From the human T2T-CHM13v2.0 reference genome, Homo sapiens: a stretch of 64,000 nt of DNA. The notes beneath the pieces were generated by a model that worked only from the letters and a program-made list of their open reading frames with translations, searched no databases and was not told the origin of the DNA. The stretch lies in NCBI RefSeq assembly GCF_009914755.1, contig NC_060930.1; one strand, written 5' to 3'. This document shows positions 27,596 through 64,000 of this stretch, one piece after another (position 1 is the stretch's first letter; each line of letters begins with the position of its first letter). The translations under genes and the position numbers were made by a program.

Positions 27596-28050
27596 GATTT
27601 CTTGACTCTTACTACACGTCAGGCACTGTGACAGACTCTTTCTGTGTATCATCTCATCTTTCCCCCAGCTTTACAGAAGAGGAAACTGAGACACACTGAG
27701 GATTAAGGTCAAGTGCCCGAAGTACCATAGCTGGCTAGTGTTAGGATCCAAGCCCAGAATCTGCGTCCTGCCAGGCACCTGCAAATGGGGACGAACACGG
27801 CGCAGCTAGAGGGGCTGACAGGCTAGGGAGAAAACCACTGGTAGCCGCGGGCACCCCACGCCCTGGGAGTGAGGCGGCAAGGGACAAGTCTCCCGCCCCC
27901 TAGACTTGCCTCGCAAATACTTGCGGGTCGAGGGCGCGAAGGCAGCAGGATGCAGCGATAGACTTGGACTAGGTGGTCCAGGCTCTACTTCCAAGTGGGC
28001 CATTGACAGGCGGGGCGGCCCTCAGCACAAAATCACCAGGCTGGATGCTC

Positions 28051-28204
28051 CAGGGTTTCCCAACATTACTCGCTCAGAAGAATCATCTGGGGAGCTCCTT
28101 AATGAGAAAGATTCCCAAGCCCCTCTTCCAGAGAGTGAAGTCACTGGGATTGGGCTGGGCCCAGCCAGGTGTTACTAATAATAAGACAAGTTTGGAAAAC
28201 CCTG
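28051..28204. mobile_element. MER5A1-like hAT MITE
   Basis: Inverted ends CAGGGTTTCCCAAC / GTTTGGAAAACCCTG, internal AGAATCATCTGGGGAGC. Confidence 0.7.
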
Positions 28205-28359
28205 CGAGTGTAGATGATCTCCTGGTATGCTCTTTATAAGAACCGATTTTCATATTAAAATAGGTTTCTTTTAACTCAGTGAAACCGGGCGCGTTTTCCT
28301 GGCCCACAACCAAGCCACTGAAGGCCCCAGAACACTTCACTCTCAAAAGGTCACGTGAG

Positions 28360-29220
<861 letters not shown>

Positions 29221-29615
29221 GTTACTGTTTTCATTTTCCCTTTCAATGAAATGGTGTGAAGATGGGAGGCACAAGAGAGGGATCCTGTTTTTTCTGCGGG
29301 ACACGTCTTAATCCCATCATGCGTGTTTCTTCAGCTATGTATTCTAATAATCTGCTAAAGTAGAAAGTAAAAGACCTGCTATTTTATCTCATTGGGACCG
29401 TACGTTTTAGGTAAGCGGAGAAGTGGTCTCTGTATTTAAAGCACCTTGGGTGCTCAATTTTTACTCAGTTGGCCAAGATCTGTAAATCTAAACATTAAGC
29501 ACTGATTTTTAAAATAAAATTATTTAGTAAAATAACTTTGCTTGCCGTTGACCACGTATGAACTATGTGATTGCATCCTTCTCCTGTGGATGAAAATCTC
29601 TCTGCTGATTCACAG

Positions 29616-29772
29616 AGATCGGGAAGTAAACAGTCCACTAACCCTGCCGATAACTATCATCTGGCCCGGAGGAGAACCCTGCAGGTGGTTGTGAGCTCCT
29701 TGCTGACAGAGGCAGGGTTTGAGAGTGCCGAGAAAGCATCCGTGGAAACGCTGACAGAGATGCTGCAGAGCT
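29616..29772 (+). CDS. TAF8: TAF8 exon 2 (RSGSKQ...TLTEMLQS), start of the histone-fold domain
   Basis: Acceptor cacag|AGA, donor T|GTGAGT; 157 nt, phase 0 to 1; peptide visible in ORF 29571..29858. Confidence 0.97.
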
Positions 29773-29937
29773 GTGAGTACATGGAAACACTTGGCCTTGG
29801 AGTCAACCCCAACATCAGTTCTGTGCCCTGCTTTGTGATAGTGTTTGAGAGGATTTAAGAAACAAACTTTTTTCTTAAGAGGGGAGAAAAAAAATTTTTT
29901 TTAATGTAAAAAGTTGAGAAAAGAAAACAGCACAATG

Positions 29938-32460
<2,523 letters not shown>

Positions 32461-32569
32461 CTTAGAAACCTTCCCCCTTTCCCCAAAAGACTTTAACGTG
32501 ACTCTTAAATAGAGGTTCAGCTTCAGGCAGAAGAAAGAAAAATTGCCCATCAGAGAATAAGACCTTTTT

Positions 32570-33757
<1,188 letters not shown>

Positions 33758-33789
33758 GAATAAGTTTTATGCCTTTAATCCCCTCTTAG

Positions 33790-33888
33790 ACATTTCAGAA
33801 ATTGGGAGAAGTGCCAAGTCTTACTGTGAGCACACAGCCAGGACCCAGCCCACACTGTCCGATATCGTGGTCACACTTGTTGAGATGG
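33790..33888 (+). CDS. TAF8: TAF8 exon 3 (YISEIGRSAKSYCEHTARTQPTLSDIVVTLVEMG), histone fold
   Basis: Acceptor ctcttag|AC, donor G|GTGAGT; 99 nt, phase 1-1; translated by hand. Confidence 0.96.
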
Positions 33889-34210
33889 GTGAGTATACCT
33901 TCAGTTTCCAGTTCTTCGATGCAACTGGGAGAGGAGTCCCTAGGAATCAGGCATGTCTGCTAAGTGTTCTTGGTTTCCCTCATGGTTCTCTTGAATTGCT
34001 TTGAGCTTGAGAGAGTTATCAAGAGAGATTCCTCTGAACACATCTAAGAGGCCTCATAATTCCCTGTTAGGGAATTCTGCCAGAGCTTCTTTTGCGTGGC
34101 TGCAAGGTCATTGAGTTGAGAGTTTAAGCCATTTGTCCATACTACTACTATTCTTTCTGTATTCAATATCCAGTGGTCTGGGCAGTGATTTTTGTTTTCC
34201 TGTCTCTTAG

Positions 34211-34273
34211 GTTTCAATGTGGACACTCTCCCTGCTTATGCAAAACGGTCTCAGAGGATGGTCATCACTGCTC
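34211..34273 (+). CDS. TAF8: TAF8 exon 4 (FNVDTLPAYAKRSQRMVITA)
   Basis: Acceptor tctcttag|GT, donor C|GTAAGT; 63 nt, phase 1-1. Confidence 0.96.
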
Positions 34274-34566
34274 GTAAGTGACTTTGAACTGAGGTACTTA
34301 GCAATTTTTCAATTAATGCTTGTGGAATGAAGTAATTGAATATGGTAGGGATTGGATTAGTAGCTACTTCCTTGTTGTGGGCTCTCTTCCAATGTTTGGG
34401 GCTACCTACAATATAATCTTTATTTGGGCTAGTCTGATTAGCATGTGAAATTCAGTCACCAAAAGGTAAACCATCTTTGAGATATTGCTGTGTTTCTTGT
34501 GTTCTAGCCCCAGAAGGGCAAATGATGCTGCTTGGAAAAATGAAAGTTTTTGTTCTTCTTAGATTA

Positions 34567-34775
34567 AGGGTTGGTAAATTGTGGCCTATGGGCCAAATGC
34601 AGCCTGCCTCCTGTTTTTGTAAATAAAGTCTTATCGGAATGCAGCCATATTTACTTATTATCTGTGGTTGTTTTCATGCTATAATGGCATAGTTTAGTTG
34701 TGGTAGAGACTGTACCACATGCAAAACCTAAAGTATTTATTATATGGCCCTTTACACAAACTTTGATGACCTCTA
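34567..34775 (+). mobile_element. MER58A (hAT-Charlie)
   Basis: GGGCCAAATGCAGCC...TTTTTGTAAATAAAG...CCTAAAGTATTTA...GGCCCTTTACA. Confidence 0.82.
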
Positions 34776-34850
34776 CTTTAAGTAAACCTGGGTGCCATAA
34801 GCTGAGTAGAGAGTAACCAGTTTGGGCTTGTAGGACCTGGAGAGAGTTAA

Positions 34851-36658
<1,808 letters not shown>

Positions 36659-36949
36659 TTAGTAATGATAATGAAATGGAACTTATCACTCTGAGCTCTA
36701 GGTCTGAATGAGGAGAAGATGAATTATCCTCTGTGGTTTGAATGTGTTCTAATTTGCCTGAATGGCAGTTTTACCTTCCGTTGGGAAGGTGCCCTCCCAC
36801 ACTTCCTTTGCTTCTGCCTGCATACCATATAGTGATGGCAAGCCCTCACGTCCTCTGGGCATTTTTCCATACCTTAGGGTGGGGGAGAGGGAATAGTAGC
36901 TGCCCAGCTAATGCAACATAGCCCTTGCCCTTGCCCTTGGTCAGATCTC

Positions 36950-41391
<4,442 letters not shown>

Positions 41392-41431
41392 TTCTTTAAC
41401 TCTTTTATATAGTATATCCCTATCTGTAACA

Positions 41432-46110
<4,679 letters not shown>

Positions 46111-46710
46111 TTCTTTCTTTTAATGTTATTTTTTATTCAATTTCTTCCTCTCATCCTCATTGCTTTTTGGAAGAGCTAGAACTCTCATTGACCAGAGTGT
46201 CTTACAGCTCAGTGGACATGCATATATGCAGAGTGCTCAAATCCAGCCTTTGGACTTGAGTCCTTCAGGGTAAAAGAATCAATATTCCTGCTCTGGAAGT
46301 GAAGCTTAGAGGGGTTTAACTGACCTTGGGTGCAGGATCTCAAAACTTATGTGTTGCTAGGATTCTATCTATAGCCTCATTTCCATCTTATCTCAGTTGT
46401 ACTTGGCAAAAAGTAGATTCTGAAGTCATGCTGCCTGAGTTAGAATCCCATTCTGCCATTTTTAGCATGCTTGGGAAAGTCATTTCACCTCTCTGTGCCT
46501 AATCGTACTTAATAGGATGGGAGCAAGGATGAAAGATAACATGAGTAAAGCCCGTAGAACATTGCCTGGCCTGTTGTGTAAGTACTTGGAGCGAGTTAGC
46601 TAGTATTATCTTCTGGTGCTGCTCACTGATTTGTTGTGAGGCTCTAGGACTCTAAGCCAGCTGCGAGGTCTCTGTGACAGTGGACTCATGCCTCTCTTCC
46701 AATTCGCCAG

Positions 46711-46853
46711 TGATTGCTGCCAGACCTTTCACCATCCCCTACCTGACAGCTCTTCTTCCGTCTGAACTGGAGATGCAACAAATGGAAGAGACAGATTCCT
46801 CGGAGCAGGATGAACAGACAGACACAGAGAACCTTGCTCTTCATATCAGCATG
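46711..46853 (+). CDS. TAF8: TAF8 exon 7 (LIAARPFTIPYL...LALHISM)
   Basis: Acceptor cgccag|TG, donor ATG|GTGGGT; 143 nt; peptide in ORF 46674..46970. Confidence 0.96.
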
Positions 46854-47049
46854 GTGGGTTCCACCTTCTGCCTACCTCAGAGTATCCCCCAAACTGTCGC
46901 ACCCTGCCCTCAGTCTGTCACCCTGGGACCTGGACATGATCGACCTCAGGTCTCTTTGGCTTTCTGTTAGGGGCCTGCATAAGGGCTTGCGTGATGATCC
47001 AGATGTGACCCAATCTCCTGCTTAGAGACACATCCGTGTCCTGGGGATT

Positions 47050-49130
<2,081 letters not shown>

Positions 49131-49554
49131 ATTTCATACCCAGGATAGGAGACAACATGTGGGTTCAGAGACAAAGGTGGGCAAGGAGGTGTTCTAGTCC
49201 TAGTTTGTTTTAGGGTATACTTTCTTTTCTGCTCACCGGTGTGTCATACTCAGCGAGTGAAAGGATAAGAGCCCCCTCTTGTTCCTGCACCCTTGGAGAA
49301 AGTGCCAAGTACAATCGCAGAACCGCCAGAAGCTGGAATGCCCTTAAGGCTAATAGGGTTATATAGTCAGGTTGCCATATTCAACCATCCTTTAAAATCA
49401 GCACTAGTTTGGATGCCTTAGTGGCTGTAGTTAGACTGAGCATCCCTTATGTTCTCTAAGATGTGATACCCCAAATGGCAGCCAGCCACCCTGGGTTGCT
49501 AGTGGAATATGCCTGTGTCATCTCTATTTGCTGAAGGTCTTATTTGCCTGGACA

Positions 49555-54894
<5,340 letters not shown>

Positions 54895-55340
54895 TTAGTC
54901 TATCTAGCTTGGCCAGGAGATGCGCTATGCAGATGATGTGTTCTGATCCTGTATCTCCCAGTCATGCAGGGCATCCAGGATCACTTTTCTTCTTCATCTC
55001 CCCACCTGGCCGGGCATCCTCCCTGAGGCATCTGAATTTGATTCCTGTCCCTCCCAGGTGTCTGTTCTTTCTAACCCCTGTCCCTGCCTTCTCCAGAGGT
55101 TCAAAACTCTGGACTCTGTTGTGTGCTCTCTTGGGTCAAGGCTGTTAGTCTTGCCTTCCCTTCATAGCCAGCCCCTGCCTGGTCCTCGCTTCATCGGGGC
55201 AGAGATAGGAATGTTGGAAAGAAGGTGCTTCCCAGGTTCTAATTTCTCAATTAGAGGATGCTAATGGTCATTCCAATTATAGGCATGATCTCTTTCCTTA
55301 TGCTGTTGATGTTGTGCTTTATTTTGGCTTTTGCTCAAAG

Positions 55341-55480
55341 GAGGATTCTGGAGCCGAGAAGGAGAACACCTCTGTCCTGCAGCAGAACCCCTCCTTGTCG
55401 GGTAGCCGGAATGGGGAGGAGAACATCATCGATAACCCTTATCTGCGGCCGGTGAAGAAGCCCAAGATCCGCAGGAAGAA
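55341..55480 (+). CDS. TAF8: TAF8 exon 8 (EDSGAEKE...RPVKKPKIRRK), includes the basic C-terminal NLS
   Basis: Acceptor ctcaaag|GAG, donor AA|GTGAGT; 140 nt; translated by hand. Confidence 0.96.
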
Positions 55481-55773
55481 GTGAGTTGGAGGCTGGGGTC
55501 CAGAGAGCCTTCACTGTCCCACCGAGGTAGTCTTCTCTGCTTCTTGGAAGAGTCTCCTCAGTGGGGCGGAGCCTTGGGGAAAGCCACTTTGGTGAGAGGG
55601 AATAGTCTCCCTTTTCCTGTCCTTACTTGGCTCCCGTACATAGCTCTTGTTCCTTAGTGGTTGAGTGTCCTGCGGTCTAGGGACCAACCCTCACAGCACT
55701 GGAGCAGTTTTCCCCTAGAAGGAGAGCAGACAGGGCCCACACCAGGAGGCTCCATGGTTCCTCTTCTTTCTAG

Positions 55774-55786
55774 GTCCCTCTCCTGA
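55774..55786 (+). CDS. TAF8: TAF8 last coding exon: completes K307 and adds SLS-stop
   Basis: Pyrimidine tract + tag|G TCC CTC TCC TGA; the nine exons total 933 nt = 310 aa, the known human TAF8 length. Confidence 0.9.
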
Positions 55787-59165
<3,379 letters not shown>

Positions 59166-59249
59166 AATTTGTGTTCAAAAGTTAACAGCAATGTGGACAA
59201 ATAAGTCAGGCTTAGCCCTTGTGTTGGCCTAAGCACACCTGGGAACTTA

Positions 59250-64000
<4,751 letters not shown>

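Noticed and set aside
46854-46970. Open frame continuing 38 codons past the exon 7 donor
   Set aside because: Length compatible with chance; no independent support

Overview
Human (primate) genomic DNA, recognisable as the 6p21.1 CCND3/TAF8 region. The + strand carries the complete TAF8 gene (TFIID subunit 8). I assembled nine coding exons by hand (28801-55786); all introns are GT-AG and the exons sum to 933 nt = 310 aa + stop. A long Alu-rich 3'UTR ends at a clustered poly(A) signal near 59110-59143. About 1.7 kb upstream, a second CpG island carries a probable distal non-coding first exon of CCND3 on the - strand (donor at 26760/26759; the gene assignment is recalled, not derivable from the window), so 1-26759 is most likely intronic. 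The rest is dominated by more than 60 Alus plus MIR, L2, L1M, MaLR/ERV LTRs and DNA transposons; nearly all other ORFs in the track are repeat-derived or unsupported. I found no new multi-gene system. The best second-look items are: (i) a ~4 kb LTR8-type ERV fragment in TAF8 intron 5 with LINE-1 retrocopy hallmarks (15-bp TSD, 3'LTR cut off after AATAAA, decayed A-tail, 5' truncation); (ii) a ~70-bp old MT-CO1 NUMT flanked by an 8-bp direct repeat; (iii) an Alu target-site duplication that doubled a CACGTG E-box in the TAF8 promoter; (iv) a uORF in the distal CCND3 exon predicted to end in an AUGA overlap with the short-isoform start; (v) a near protein-neutral last intron of TAF8. Repeat family names come from recalled consensus sequences and repeat boundaries are approximate.
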